Below, piece after piece: positions 13,802 to 27,205 of a DNA stretch of 64,000 bases. The stretch is from assembly GCA_028534125.1 (NCBI GenBank), contig CM052818.1, positions 8,992,001 through 9,056,000 on the forward strand, in the 5' to 3' direction. This stretch comes from Lama glama (taxonomy: Eukaryota). The position numbers were made by a program, and so were the translations under genes. The first letter of the stretch is position 1. Every line of letters starts with the position of its first letter. The notes under the pieces were generated by a model. It saw only the letters and a program-made list of their open reading frames with translations, did no database searches and was not told the origin of the DNA.

Positions 13802-14564
13802 TTACTTTAAAAAAATCAAGGTAGATGGGCAATTGAGAGCAGACACTTGAAAAATATATGGTATGTAGATCATTATCGGTTTGCATTCTTCTACACCATT
13901 CATGATACATAGAATTACATTTCTTAGAATTTGGTTAACATGTCCACTAGTTCTACCAGTTTCTTATATTTATTTTAAATTTACAATGTATTTTCTTTCA
14001 TTTTTTTTCTCAAGTATAATAACTACATTGCCTTGGGAAAGCTGCTTAAATTCTCATAAATTTCTGCATGCAAAAGTAATTTTTAAAGTACTTTGAAATA
14101 TCTGAAAATTGCTCCATGAATAGGAAATGTACATTTTGGTTTGTGTTAGAATTACTTCTAAAACATCTGACATTTAATAAAGAACACTAAAATTCTTGGT
14201 TTTCCAGGCCTCATTTTAAATGGACAAATTTAAATACAACAAAAAATATGACAATTATAATACCTCATTCACAAAAATCTCTTTTCTCTAGGGTTAAGGG
14301 TGTGATATCAATGTGATATCCATGGACATGCCCACTGTTCCTTGGGATTTGGTCAAATGTGTTTCCAGATGTTCTGCTGGACTGCATAATGGCCAAACCA
14401 ACCATTTCAGTCATCCCTGAAATTCAATTGCTGAGGTCAGCCAATCCCACAGGAATTCACTGGGTTCATTCAAATAATTGAAAAGAAGGAACAGGCCCTT
14501 TCCATTCTTTTTTCTTAGAGTCCCAACCTTAGGTTCAGTTCGTTAGTCTCAAAAATGCATTTGG

Positions 14565-14693
14565 TGGGGGAAGGGTATAGCTCAAGTGGTAGAGCACATG
14601 CCTGAGGTCCTGGGTTCAATTCCCAGTACCTCCACTGAAAAATCAAATAAATAAATAAATCTAATTACCTCCCCCCACCAAACATCCCTCACC
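14565..14693 (+). mobile_element. Vic-1-type SINE with an internal deletion in the anticodon-arm region
   Basis: gggggaagggtatagctcaagtggtagagcacatgcctgaggtcctgggttcaattcc...ctaattacctcccc; perfect 13-bp TSD aaaatgcatttgg at 14552-14564 and 14694-14706. Confidence 0.92.
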
Positions 14694-14807
14694 AAAATGC
14701 ATTTGGATCACTAGGAGTTGAGAACATTGTTTCTCTCATCCACTGGAAAAGCAAGGTGGAGGCATTTCCCATTCCTTCTCATTATGTAAAACCCCATTAA
14801 TAAAATT

Positions 14808-14900
14808 ATTATTCTTTTTTAATGGAGCTACTGCGGATTGAATCCAGGACCTCATGCATTCTAAGTGTGCACTCTACCACTGAGCTATACCCACAACCCC
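14808..14900 (-). mobile_element. Vic-1-type SINE, short form
   Basis: The reverse complement reads ggggttgtgggtatagctcagtggtagagtgcacacttagaatgcatgaggtcctggattcaatcc, then an A-rich tail. Confidence 0.88.
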
Positions 14901-15579
14901 TAAAAATTTGATACTTAAAAAAGCAAGTTAAGTACCTCCCAAAATATACAGACAAATTACTTCCCATTGGCTGATCTTGGTCTTCATTTCTTTTCCAGAG
15001 GTCCCAACTTCTCATGGGTTCATGTTTTGTTGCTACGGATAATATACTACCTGAAATGCCCTGAGTTACTAGGAAAACATTTCTATTAACACCATTTGTG
15101 TCATTTTTTTTTTCCTGTAATAGCTCCCACATTCATCTTCCTCTCAATATTCTGGGACTCATATTTTAATACTCTAATGCAGTAAGGAGCACACACCTTT
15201 CTAAGGAGGTGAGGTAAGCATCAGAATTATAAAAGATACTGAGAAATGATACTTTTTAATCAATCTCGGTTTCATGCCCAGGACTCTCTGAAAAATAGAA
15301 TGATCTTCCATTAACATGTTGTTCCTCTGGACCAACTGACAAAAAAATTACAGTGATTAGTGAGAAAATAAACTGTAATGATATATGGAAATTCAAAAAA
15401 AGAAGAGCTGTGTGACTATGCTGATGAATAGCTCATGTCAGTTCTATTTTTCCCCCTAATCTTTGTCTACCGTCACCAAAGTTCTTATCAATAATACCCT
15501 AAAGACACTATGCTAAAATTGAGATAAAGCTGTGTTGAAATTTATTCTACTCAATGACAGTGGAGGAAATCATGGTGAG

Positions 15580-16040
15580 TATGACAGACTCCCATCTGTT
15601 CCTCAACATCATCGTCCCTTCTTCCACAGTAATAAGTTGGACATGTAACTACCCAGAATAAAAACATGTCTTTCTCTTCCTTGCAGCTAAGTATGGCCAT
15701 GTGGCTTAGCTCTAATCAATGGGATATAACTGTAAGAACTGCTGTGCCAGCTTCAAGGAATCTTCCTTAAAAGACAGAAGACAGGTAACTTTTTCTCCTT
15801 TCTTCTTTGACTCTTTCCTGTTGCCTGAGATGTGGATATAATGGCCTTTGGGGATATGAAGACAAGGATAACATCCAAGAACAATGGTGTGATCCAATGG
15901 AAATGTCTGGAATTCTGAAGACTATGTGGAACAGAGCCTATCTCTGGACTTTCACATAAAAGACAAATTCCTATCTTTTTAAAGTCTTTGTTAATTTGAA
16001 CCTCTGTGACTGACAGCTGAACTTAATCCCATCTAATACA
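15580..16040 (+). mobile_element. MaLR solo LTR (MLT1-like)
   Basis: ccttgcagctaagtatggccatgtg, tctttcctgttgcctg, and the MaLR-type end ctaataca. Confidence 0.7.
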
Positions 16041-17048
16041 ATAAGTAAAGAAAAATAAGATGGTAAAAAGATTCCTTTAATTGAGTTGGAAAGTCATTCC
16101 ACTAAAGCAGATTGAAAGAGGATGATACGTACTTTGAGAAGGAGATGAAGAACTTTTAATTCCCCATTAATGAGGCAGGTTGGAAGGGTTGTTTACATGG
16201 CATAAATAAGAGTCTTTTAAAGAGCTCAGCTAAGTGGATCAGCTAAGTCTTTGGGATATTCACAGAAGGCTGATAGTTGCTATGAAGCCTAATCACATTG
16301 ATGGCTTGACAGGGTACATGAGCTTACTGAACCATTAACATGCTTTACTGAACATATGGCTTTAAAAACCTTTGGACTGTTGACAGTGTTGCTTTCAACT
16401 AATTCTGGGAAGCCCAAATGGAACCAATTATGATATAACTGTAGAAGACTTAAAATCCATTCCTAAAAGAGTCACACCTAAGACGATCTGTAAAAGATCA
16501 CTCTCAACAGCATAACAGGTCTAAATAACCAATGGGATACTTTACATAATCACTCTCAGAAATTTGTCAATTTAAAGAAAGTATCAAGAAGCTTGAAAGA
16601 TTTTAATGTCATAGAAGACTAAGACCACAGATGAAAAGAAAGTCTGTTATAAATCACTTTGATTGACAATTATGATGCAACATGAAAAATGGTAAACCTT
16701 ACAGCAAAGCAAAAGTTCTTACAATTCTATAAAATGACTCTACATTTTTAAACATTTGATGCTTTCTACAGATTATGAACTGAGATTAGAGAAGTGTATA
16801 TCGTTCACTGAAACTTTAGAGACTTCAGATGGCTTAAAAGTTTAAATAGACTTTTAAGATAATCAAAAAGTCCAGAGTATAAGCTAATTGCTTGTTAATC
16901 TGGAAGCCTTTCATGAGATACACTGAGCCTAAATAAGGTGAGTAGGTAATAAGACAGGTAAGCTGCACTAAAAGCATAGAGCAAAGGGTAATTTTCTCTA
17001 ACAATCTGTAAATTACAATCTTCTCACTAGAGGACAATGATATAAGTA

Positions 17049-17501
17049 CAGACAGTCCTAGAGTTAATGATGGTTAGATTTATGATTTTTCAGCCTTACA
17101 ATGATACCAAAAAGATACACATTCAATAGAAGCTGTACTCTGAATTTTGAATTCTGATCTTTTCTTGGACCAAGCAGGCAGCCACAGCTTCCAGTCAGCC
17201 ACACAATCACAAGGGAAACAACACATTTACAATCATTCTGTACCCAGAGAACCATTCTGTTTTTCATTTTCAGTATAGTATTCAATAAATTACATCAGAT
17301 ATTCAACACTTTACTATAAAATAGGCTTTGTGTTAGACAATTTTGCCCAACTGTAGACTAATGTAAGTGTTCTGAGAATGTTTAAGGTAGGCTACGCTAA
17401 GCCATGATGTTAGGTAGGTTAGTTACATTAAATGAATTTTCAGCTTATGATGGGTTGTAAGTTATCAGGACATAACCCCATCATAAGTCAAGGAAGATAT
17501 G
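17049..17501 (-). mobile_element. Tigger3/MER7-type TcMar DNA transposon (internally deleted)
   Basis: Terminal inverted repeat remnants (cagacagtcctagagttaatgatgg ... ccatcataagtcaaggaagatatg), flanked by TA at 17047-17048 and 17502-17503; the internal sequence matches recalled Tigger3. Confidence 0.85.
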
Positions 17502-18892
17502 TAAATGGAAAATACGATTCACAATCACAAACATTCAACTTATAGATTTTTAGTACCTGCATGTATCAATGTATGCTTGTACTTTAATCCCATATTTGTC
17601 ACTGAGCTTCCAATTATAAGGAAGAAATGTTAGTTCCTTAAGGAAAAATAAAGTTGAATTTCAAATAGCAGTGGCATATTCAAGAATATCAGTTATGTAT
17701 TCTCCAAGGAGAAAGAAAATCAAATTTAAAGGAACATACTTTTCTCAGCTTTGTTCTTCCCAATGATAAGAAATACAGTTTTAACTGCCACATGACGTAA
17801 GTCAGCTTACAAAATGAAGTCTTCACAGCAAGGCATATGATCCTTTATCCCTCTCAGCAGGCCTCTTCCTAAGTGATAAATTCTTCCCTAAACTGAATTT
17901 ATTCAAAGCTGAACAATAAAATGCAGTAGTAGAGAGGACAAAGAAAATGAGGGGAAAAAGGGGGGGGGCGGGATTTTTTCTTTTGTTTTTTCAACAAAAG
18001 TAGATACAGAATTGTATAATGTATATATACATTGTGCTTAAGGATATATTTTTTAAAGCCCTTAGGGTAAAATAACTGAAAGAAAATACACAAAATACTA
18101 GCAATTTTGGGGGTGGTAGAGATTATCAGTACTGGAGATTTCCCTTTCTTTATGTTTTTCAAAATTTCTCCAACATTAGTTTTATCACTTCTATAACTAG
18201 AAAGTGAAAATTAAAAATAAGTTAAAAGCAGGAAAAGCCTTTTAAAAATTAACCTTCTCTTTGGAGGGAGAATAGTGATACTTCCAGCATACTTATTTTG
18301 TGCTGTGGCCTAATGCTTCATCTACCTTGCCAGCCAGAAGCTTGAGAGAAATGCAGAATCTCAGGCCTCACTTGAGACATATCGAACATACATCTTAATA
18401 AGATTTCTAGGTGTACATTAAGCTAGTGAAGCATTGTTCTAGAGTATTCATCTAGAAATAGACACCTATGTTGATTACTTTCTACCTATTAATCCATCAG
18501 TCTTTCTTATCTATTAATCTATAATGATCATGCTTTTGGATTTACCTATTAGATATAGTCATGTAATTCAGTAAATATTGACAGTAAAAGACAATAATAG
18601 GAATATATTAATCATATCCCTAGTTTGCATAATGTTTTTAAAAAGAAAGTATAGTTCCAAATTTCAAACCCAAGCTACCATTCCATATTACTTTAACCAC
18701 ATCCATTGAAATGAACCAAAAGCAGAATATGAGTACACCAGAGAGTTTTTAAATAAAGTCTGAAACCCATTAATGAAGAAACACTAGAACCACAGGGTGG
18801 CATGATATTGCGGTACTGGAATGCCTGAGTAAGTTCTGCCTCCGCCTTATTAAGGCAATTTCGTTCAGTTATTTTGAAATGCCCATCTAGGG

Positions 18893-19057
18893 CAGGGTTT
18901 CTCAATCTCGGCACTATTGACACTTTGGGCTGAATAATTCTTTTGTTACAGAGACTGTCCTGTGCTTCATAGCATCCCTACTAGATATCAGTAGTATCTC
19001 CCCAGCTATAACAACCAAAAATGTTTTCTGACACTGCTAAATGCACCCTGCGGGCAA
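18893..19057 (+). mobile_element. MER20 hAT-Charlie MITE (partial)
   Basis: cagggtttctcaatctcggcactattgacactttgggctgaataattc...acaaccaaaaatgt...gacactgctaaatg. Confidence 0.8.
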
Positions 19058-20244
19058 TAGGACTTTAGGGACCAGGGTTCCATTACTTCTCCCATCACAT
19101 ATCAAAGAAACAGTCTGGTGAGAATTGGCTTCTGCTCATTTATATATAGGATCTACAAGGAACAGGCTCCAGATCATGAGAAGAATGACCTGTTTTCTCC
19201 TGTATAAACTATGATTCAATGAGCAGTAAGAACAGCATTAATTCCTACTTTCATGGCCCTTAAGGTTAAACAAGCAACTGGGGTAGGTATTATAAAAAGG
19301 GAAAAGGAGGAGCATGGAAGGTAGAGGCGGGGAGATGGGGGGACTAACCCAGACAGGGACATCAAGAAAATAATCTTTCTAATCAAGGAACATTTGAAGT
19401 ATTGTTTGGCCTTAGAAATAAAATGAGGTGTTTCTATTTCTTGTAAACACCTTTGGAAGGTAAACATATTAATTGGCCTGATGGCTCATCTTCAATCAAA
19501 GGGTTGTTTTTACCAGTGGTACCATTACCCGTGCCAACATACAAAATACATACAAACAGCTCTGTTATTACTCAATTTCTTTTACTAATAAAACAGGCAG
19601 CAGAAAAACAAATTAACTTTACAAATGTAATTTATCAAGCAAAGAAAGCTAGAAGGTTTTTCATTATAAACAAAATAGAGATCCAAATTTTTTGATTCAG
19701 AGAGTAGAAATGGATTCATTTAAAACAAACCTAAAGTCATGAATGAAAGAAGTTTCAGGCTGAAGCACATGATGTTCGATGATGGCAACTACTGACTAAC
19801 CGTAATGTGCATCCCTCCATTAGTCAGGGATATTCGTCAGGAAGAGAAGAGTTTCTGGTGGTGTGGACCTAAAAGATCCCCACAATCTCTAAGGAGTAGG
19901 GAACACAGCAATGTGAAGAGAAAAATGGTGATCAGTGATCAAGGAAAAATTCTGTACTAAGGAACATAACACAAACAAAAAGCAAGCTGACAGTGGTGTA
20001 CTAAAAGCCTCAGCAAGGTAAATCAAGGCTGGTGACACATAATTCCAAGGATTCCAACCTTAACTTTCTTTCTGAAATATTTTAATTTAGTCTTTTGGAT
20101 TTTGTTATTTAGGTATAGTATGTCCAATTTCACCATAAAAAATAAAAACAAAGTAGGATTCACCCGACATAAATTGCTGTAAAGGGAAACTGTACTCCAA
20201 AAGCAGAGAGAGATTTCATGAATGATTCTTCACAGAGAGAGAGC

Positions 20245-20430
20245 ATGGTTAGGGAAGGAGAATGAGTTCTGGAGCCAGGAAGAACTGTGCTCAACCCTCT
20301 ACTCTCTTACTTGAATTGTACGACCTTGAGTATACTGTTTAACGTCACTAAACCTTTTTCCTCCTTTATGTACCTTAAAATATTATTTTAAGAACTGGCA
20401 CATAAGAGGCACTCAACAAGTAGCTATTGT
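20245..20430 (+). mobile_element. MIR SINE
   Basis: gcatggttaggga...tctggagccag...gaccttgag...tggcacataagaggcactcaacaagtagctatt. Confidence 0.65.
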
Positions 20431-23400
20431 TGCAAATATTATGGAATTGCTAAATTTTTCCCAGGAGGACTTTTGATGAATAAAACTACATATTACTGTG
20501 GCAGAAAATACCTGACCAGTTAAAAATTCCTTAATTTCTATCAAATTCTTGGTTCTAAGGACTTCTTTTGTTCAGTAGAAAGAGTTTTAAATTAAAAAGA
20601 AAGAATATAACTTTTTAGACATTTAATTTTGTTCACTCTTAGAAGACAGGAAATACTACCCTTCTGGCATATCTCACACATAATACCACATAGGCATTTA
20701 CATTCTTTTGTTAGATAGGACTGTGCTTTCCTATATGTCCATAACAACTAATGAAAACTGGCCAGCTATGTTCAAGTTGTAACCTGGGCTGTCCAACTCT
20801 GGTGGTATGATGCAAGGAGCAGGTTAATTCCTCTGATATTTAAAATGCATGTGCTGTGCTAGAAATGCTAGAAAATCAGCCAGCACCACCTAACTCTACG
20901 ATGCTACTCTCATTTCTTCTCTATGAATCAAGTTAGCTAACAAACTTCTTAAACAGAGGCCATCAGGTAAAAGAGAAGAGCACAAGCTTGTTCTCTTCAA
21001 GGCAGTAACAAAATTACTGAGCCTTTTCTGAATAAGATCTATTCTTTATACAATGTCCCTGTGTTTTCACAAGCTGTGGGATTTAAATAAATATGCAGGC
21101 TTGGGATGTTTCCTAAAGAAAACATGAAGCTTGTATTCTCTGCTCCAAGGAAAGAAGAAGGAAAGGAAATGACATCGAACCCAACTAAGCAGAGTAACTT
21201 AACATCAGTTTCAGAAATGTGATAACCCAACTTCAGGCACAATTTTCTGGCCCTTCAAAGATGGGAAATGAATGCAAGTGTCCCGGAGCTGATTCCTCTT
21301 GGGAATGCAGGGAAAGTTAAAATTTTCTCCAAGCTTCATTTACCTACTTATGTTCTTAGAAACAGTAGAAGAAAATGAATATAAATTAAAAAAAAATACA
21401 TACATTTGTGTGTGTGTTTATAAAGTCATTGTCTTCCATGAGAAATCAAGTTTTAAGGAAGGCTGCCAACAAATCTTATTTTTTAAAAAAGAAGAAATAA
21501 AATGCCCTAGATCACAGAAAGTTGGGGAGAAAAACCATAGTTATTATTATAATAAATTCTGCAACAAAATTCAAAGCCATTTTGGATTTCTCAGTTATTG
21601 GGAATTGCTGCTATTAATAACAGTATATTATACTTTCTGATTCATCAGTTTTAAAAACCATTATCTGTACACAACTCTGTCAGTCAGACAGAATTAGTTC
21701 TATTTTATATATGAAAAATTGAGAAAGATATGTTAAGTGATTTGCCTAACACTACAAAACTAGTTAACAGGCTAGCCAACATTGGTGCCTAGGCTTTCTA
21801 ACTCCTAGGTCTTTCTACTAATCTGGTAGTTTCAAAGTTTAGCCCCAGAATCCTCCTTCAAACTAAATCTTTTGTGAAAACTCTACTAATTCTGTAGATA
21901 AAACCGCAGCTGCTCTGACTGAAGTTGATACTGGGTCCGGAGCCCTGTACACCTCGCTCCACTTTTATTCCCCCATGATGGACTTGGAGGCACTTCTGGG
22001 CACTTAAGAAAATGATAATGACTCTAAACAAACAAACAAACAAACCACCTCACAGTGTAGAATACCATCATCAAAGTTCATCTCTCTGACTCATTCCCTA
22101 TGGGAAATCCACAAAGTTAGTCTAACCGGAATATGACTAAGACTAATAACCAACAAAATAACACTTCTCATGCTACCACATCTGAGACTTTTATAGTCAC
22201 AAATATGTACTGACAGAAGTAAAAGTTACATCTGATACGTGCCATTCCAAAGATAATGGATACACAGGGTTTACTAATTACTGAACGACTTCCATGTACT
22301 GTGTCATGTTACAGGAAGGGAGGAGGAAGATGTCATTCTTTAGCAATACTGTCACCTCATTTACAATTCTGACATAAATACACTAGCTAAACCATTTATT
22401 TTCAAAGTTAAAAACAGACACCTTTCTTCAAATAAAATTTAAATAAAATCTTAAACAGAAGGTATTTTATGCTATTCTAGTGAAATGGGGCAGAGCAGAG
22501 GGTGGTGCCAAGATGAGTTAGCCAAGCCTCTATAAAGCAGCCGAAGGCTCTAGGAACACTAACATGGAGGAACAGCTGGCCAAAGTAAAGGATTATTTCT
22601 GAAAAGTTTGCAGAATAAATGGTGAGCAGCATACACTGTTGATAGACTGACATCTGAAGCAGAAGCAGAGGCAACAACACTTGGTTTTTAGGCATAAACA
22701 AATGTACTTGAATGCAAAGTACAGCACAAACTTCCAGTCCACACCCACCTGAATAACCATTATATAACATATTAACTCTGTATGCTTCTGCAAAAGTACT
22801 ATTTATTGCCAGAGGCACACACAAGGTTCAAAAAAATACTGTTTTTTAAAATACCAGCACAAACTTTCCAGGGTTTGAGCAGTTATCAACCAGCAGGTCA
22901 AGTTTATTAATACCAAGTGCCAAACAGAGAGCAAACTCAAACTTAATTTACATTTGAAAATAAACCTTAAATATGGAAGAGAACCAGGGTGGAGATGTTT
23001 GACAGTCTATATAGAAAACCACCAAACAATGAGAGATTGCATCTACAAAAAGCATCAGGAAAGTCAGAGCTGATGTCAGGTTAAATCATGTAAGGTCAGA
23101 AAAAACAACAAGCCTGCATGAGCTCCAGGGAAGCCATTATCAGCTCCACTCCTTTCTTACCACCGAACATATTACATACACTAAGTGGCTGTTGTATCCA
23201 AAAATATATCCTGAAATTATAATACACGATAATTTAAAGACTATGTGGTCTTCTGAAAAGGACAGCAAGCTGAAACGTGACTTTGTTTTCTTCTTGCCTG
23301 TGCTACAAATTACCCATGTGAGATAAAGCAAATGTTTTTTTCCTCAGCCTTTCATCTGTTAAAAAGGGATTCTAATAGCTACACTACTTACCTCACAATA

Positions 23401-25111
23401 TTGCTGTAATTATATGATAAAATAATGACATCAAAGCATGATTTAAAGCACTAAATACCAGTAACTTGTACACTGTGAAATATATCCATTTTATCAACTA
23501 GTCATAGTCAACTATAGGTTTAATTTATCTTTGTTAACTAAACTTGAAAAGACTCTATATTAATTTACCAGTGTTGACTCAAGAAGAAAAATCCCTATAC
23601 CTGTACGCAGGGAAACGAACCCATCATGACAGCCCCAGATTAGACACAAGCTCTGGTTCTCTCTCAACATTACAGACACAGAACTGAGAATCTTTACCAA
23701 CCAGGGGTCACTGTCAATAAAAATTTAGTTCAATAGCCTGAGCAATTTTTCAGTTGAGCTTTGAATTCTAACATAACAAATTTTGTATTAAAATAAGAGT
23801 GGGGAGATATTTTGTGAAAACTTTTAGAGAAAACACTAAATGAGAGGTGCCATCTTTTTGAAAGAAACTATATCAATATACAAAATAATATGATTCACTT
23901 AAACATGCAGTGAGTGAACCCCTACTCAACTCTGTCTAAGGCCTTGTGCTATGGAAGTCTGTGCTCTAGTGGTCTGGTCCTGCAAGCAGTTTAATACAAA
24001 TTTTTGTCTATACCAAATACTGAAATATTGTTCTAAGCTTCCTGCTTGCTGGAAGAACTGAAAGAATTAAATATGTGAAATAATGTTTTACAAAGAACAG
24101 GCACTCAGTAACAGTTTCTGGCTGTTTCATCATCAAAGATGCTGATGATAAAACATGTGATTTGGGCCTCACGTGCTAACTGCCTCAAGTGTCACTTGGT
24201 TTTATTTAGTATGTGACTAAACTGAAGCTCTAACAGCCCAGCATTCAAACACATAGAATTAGACATTTTTTTAAAAATTATTTCTCAAACGGCAATATTT
24301 TTTACTATTTCTCAAAGGGCAATTTCTGGTGTTATGTACATTGAGAAACTTACCCATTAAACACATATGTGGTGACTGGCCATTATACTGCAGCTGCTAC
24401 GTATTTTATAACAACTTCCTGGTCAAGGTAGGAATGGCCCAATTGTAAAATGATGAGCTCAGCCCTACATCTGGGAACATTTAGGAAATACTGAGGAGAA
24501 AATGTTAGTCACGAGAGAGAGAGGTTAAACTAAAAGGCTGTGATGGAGAGAAAGGCTGGAAAAGATATGACAATTACACATACAGCACATATGATGATGG
24601 AGGAAGCAAAAGCAGCTAGTCTGAAGGGAGAGGAGAATGGATAGAATGTACAAAGAGAGCCTGAAAGTGACCCATGCAGAAAGGAGAGACAAAGAGAGAA
24701 AAAAAGAGGGTCAAAGAGAAACTGACTCCTGGAACAATTCTGGGGCTCACTAGGCTCAGTGCCAGTCCACGTGCACCTTATAATATACCCTTTATTCTTT
24801 GACATAATTTGACTGTGATAGTTAATGGAAACCAAAAGGACCAAACAAAATCACAGTCTCCTACCTGACATTTCCACTTCAACAGGCTGAATTTTAAATT
24901 CGTAATCTTTTGATACTTTTTCTAACTCCAGCTTTCATCATAAATTGCAGGGGGAGGCCGTCACCCCCTTTTATGGATGTCCCTAATGTGATATCTATTG
25001 TATCTGTTAGCTGACACACTATGATTCAAATTTAACAATTATATGTAGTAACTTGAGAGCAGAGCAATTCAATTAATCAAATATTTGAATTCTTACTATG
25101 CAAGGCATTTC

Positions 25112-25290
25112 TTTTTTCTTTTTTATTGAAAAGTTGATTTACAGTATTATATTAGTTTCAGGTGTACAGCAACATCATTCAGTTATACATACATACTTTT
25201 TCAGATTATTTTCTATTAGATTATTATAAGATATTGAATATAGTTAGTTCCCTGTGCTATACACTAAATCCCTGTGCTATATACTTGTTA
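25112..25290 (-). mobile_element. L1 3' end fragment
   Basis: A T-tract followed by ttattgaa...attagtttcaggtgtacagc...gatattgaatatagtt...cctgtgctata. Confidence 0.8.
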
Positions 25291-26739
25291 AGAAGTAACT
25301 TTTAAAGAAGGTATTTTTCTGCTTTTCCCTCTCAAAGCTCCCATAATTCAACATTTTCACTCCAAAAAATATGCCTTTGTTCAGTAACTGAGGAGAAAGG
25401 TAAGTAGAAGCATAATTAAAGCATATTCTATTAGCAGAAATCATCTAAGAACTACAGTTTCCTCACTCACCTCTAGTAAATTACTCCTTATACCACACAG
25501 TCTTGCTTCCAAAGAAACAGGGAAGTAAATGAGGTCCTATAATATTCATGCAATTTACTAACTTAAAGTCAGTTAAAAAAAAATACTAACTAGATACAGA
25601 GAAGTCATAAATGGCCCAGGAATCTAAAAATAAAATTTAAGGTAATATACTTTTGTTCTGCCTTGTTTTAAAGAAGCTAAACCAGAGGGGAAAAAAACAG
25701 CAAGGGGAAGTCTATATGAGTGTACCAGGTTCCACTAAAGTAAATAATTCTCAATTTCAAAGAACAAACTTAAGACTTTGAAAAACAGATCTATGAGTCA
25801 GTATTTCTAGCACAGTCAAATTTGAAGGAATTCTTCCCAAGAATAGTTCACAAAATCCACCCATTCTAGGCAGTCTATAATCATCTGCCAATCAATCACA
25901 AGCATATTCTGAGTATTTTCTCTATGTTCAGTGTAAGATATATATCAGACGGTTTCAGTATTCAAAAAAATCTGAATTTAACTAGAAAAATAATAAACCC
26001 TACGGTGGAAGAACTTGCAAATTATAAAGGGACATGTAACTGTTCGACTGTGTTGCCAGAATAGACGAAAAGCTAGACCATATAGTAGAAAAGGCTGTTT
26101 CACAGAAACAATAATCAACTAAGTGTTGCTGTCAGTGTCATAGCAGATGTTCCCGAAAGCAAAGTTAAAGGATGCTAAAACAATTCAGTTTCTATTTATG
26201 TTAGACACAGAAAATCTGAGTAGAGATCACCAGAATCCCACCATACAAGCTTTTTCTTCACGATTCAATTAGAGATCAAATTCTAACTCTTCCTCAGAAT
26301 GCAGAACCGTTCTTAATTTTAAAAGCCACCAAAAACCACAAAGTGAAGATCTTCAAAACATTCAATGCAAATGTGGCATCACCAACATTTAGATTAACAT
26401 AAATGGCAATAGGCCCCCAGAGAAAAGATGAGCCCAGAGAAAGATGATATCCCTGGTTCTTCAGTTTAGTGTAAATGAAAAACCAGATATAAGTTAATTA
26501 GTTTTAATTACCAACAACTTTCTCTGGTGAAGCACATTTAAGAACAAGTGGTGTTTCTCGTTTGTATCCTACCTATGAGAATCATGCTTATTAACATGCT
26601 ACAAGTCAAGCCAATTACTGAGATGGAAAAAATAATCTATGATCTTTAGTAACAGAGGTGAGTGCTTAGAGGATCAAATATGAAACAGTATCTACTGAAT
26701 GCATTTGAGTTTCCAGGTAAACTTGATTAAAAAAGAGAG

Positions 26740-27205
26740 AGTACTCATTAAACACAGTAGCAATTACTATCCAGCACAAAAGAGGAATAACGGGAGACTG
26801 AGAAACCCTTCTCTAGATCTAACAGGAAATATAGGGGTCAGAGAAGTGGCCTAACGTAAGAACTTCTTGGGGATGCAATCAGCAAAATCTGGAACTTAGG
26901 AAACTCTATAGGACAAATGACCCAATTTCTTCAACTGTAAAACGCAAGAACAGAATGACAGGGATCTACAGAGTAAATGAGACTTAAGAAACATACCAAC
27001 CACAGGTAATGTGTGGCTTAGACCAAAAAAAGCTTTTTAAAGAGGTTATACAGTTGGGGAAATTTTAACATCAGACAGTTGGTGTTGCTAAGATACAACT
27101 GTCAGTTCTTTTCAGGTGGGATAATAGTGTTGTGATTATACATATAAAGAGATATAAGGCTTCCACAGATTAGATGACTTTTGGAGTTTGCTTCAAAATA
27201 ATCCA
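26740..27205 (+). mobile_element. Old L1 (L1ME-like) 3' region
   Basis: gcaatcagcaaaatctgga...gaaactctataggacaaatgaccc...gagacttaagaaacatacc...tttgcttcaaaataatcc. Confidence 0.6.

Noticed and set aside
25471..25589. 119-nt cryptic exon (cttctctgtatctAG ... GAG|GTGAGT)
   Set aside because: It has plausible splice sites but no other support; it mainly shows how common pseudo-exons are in this intron.
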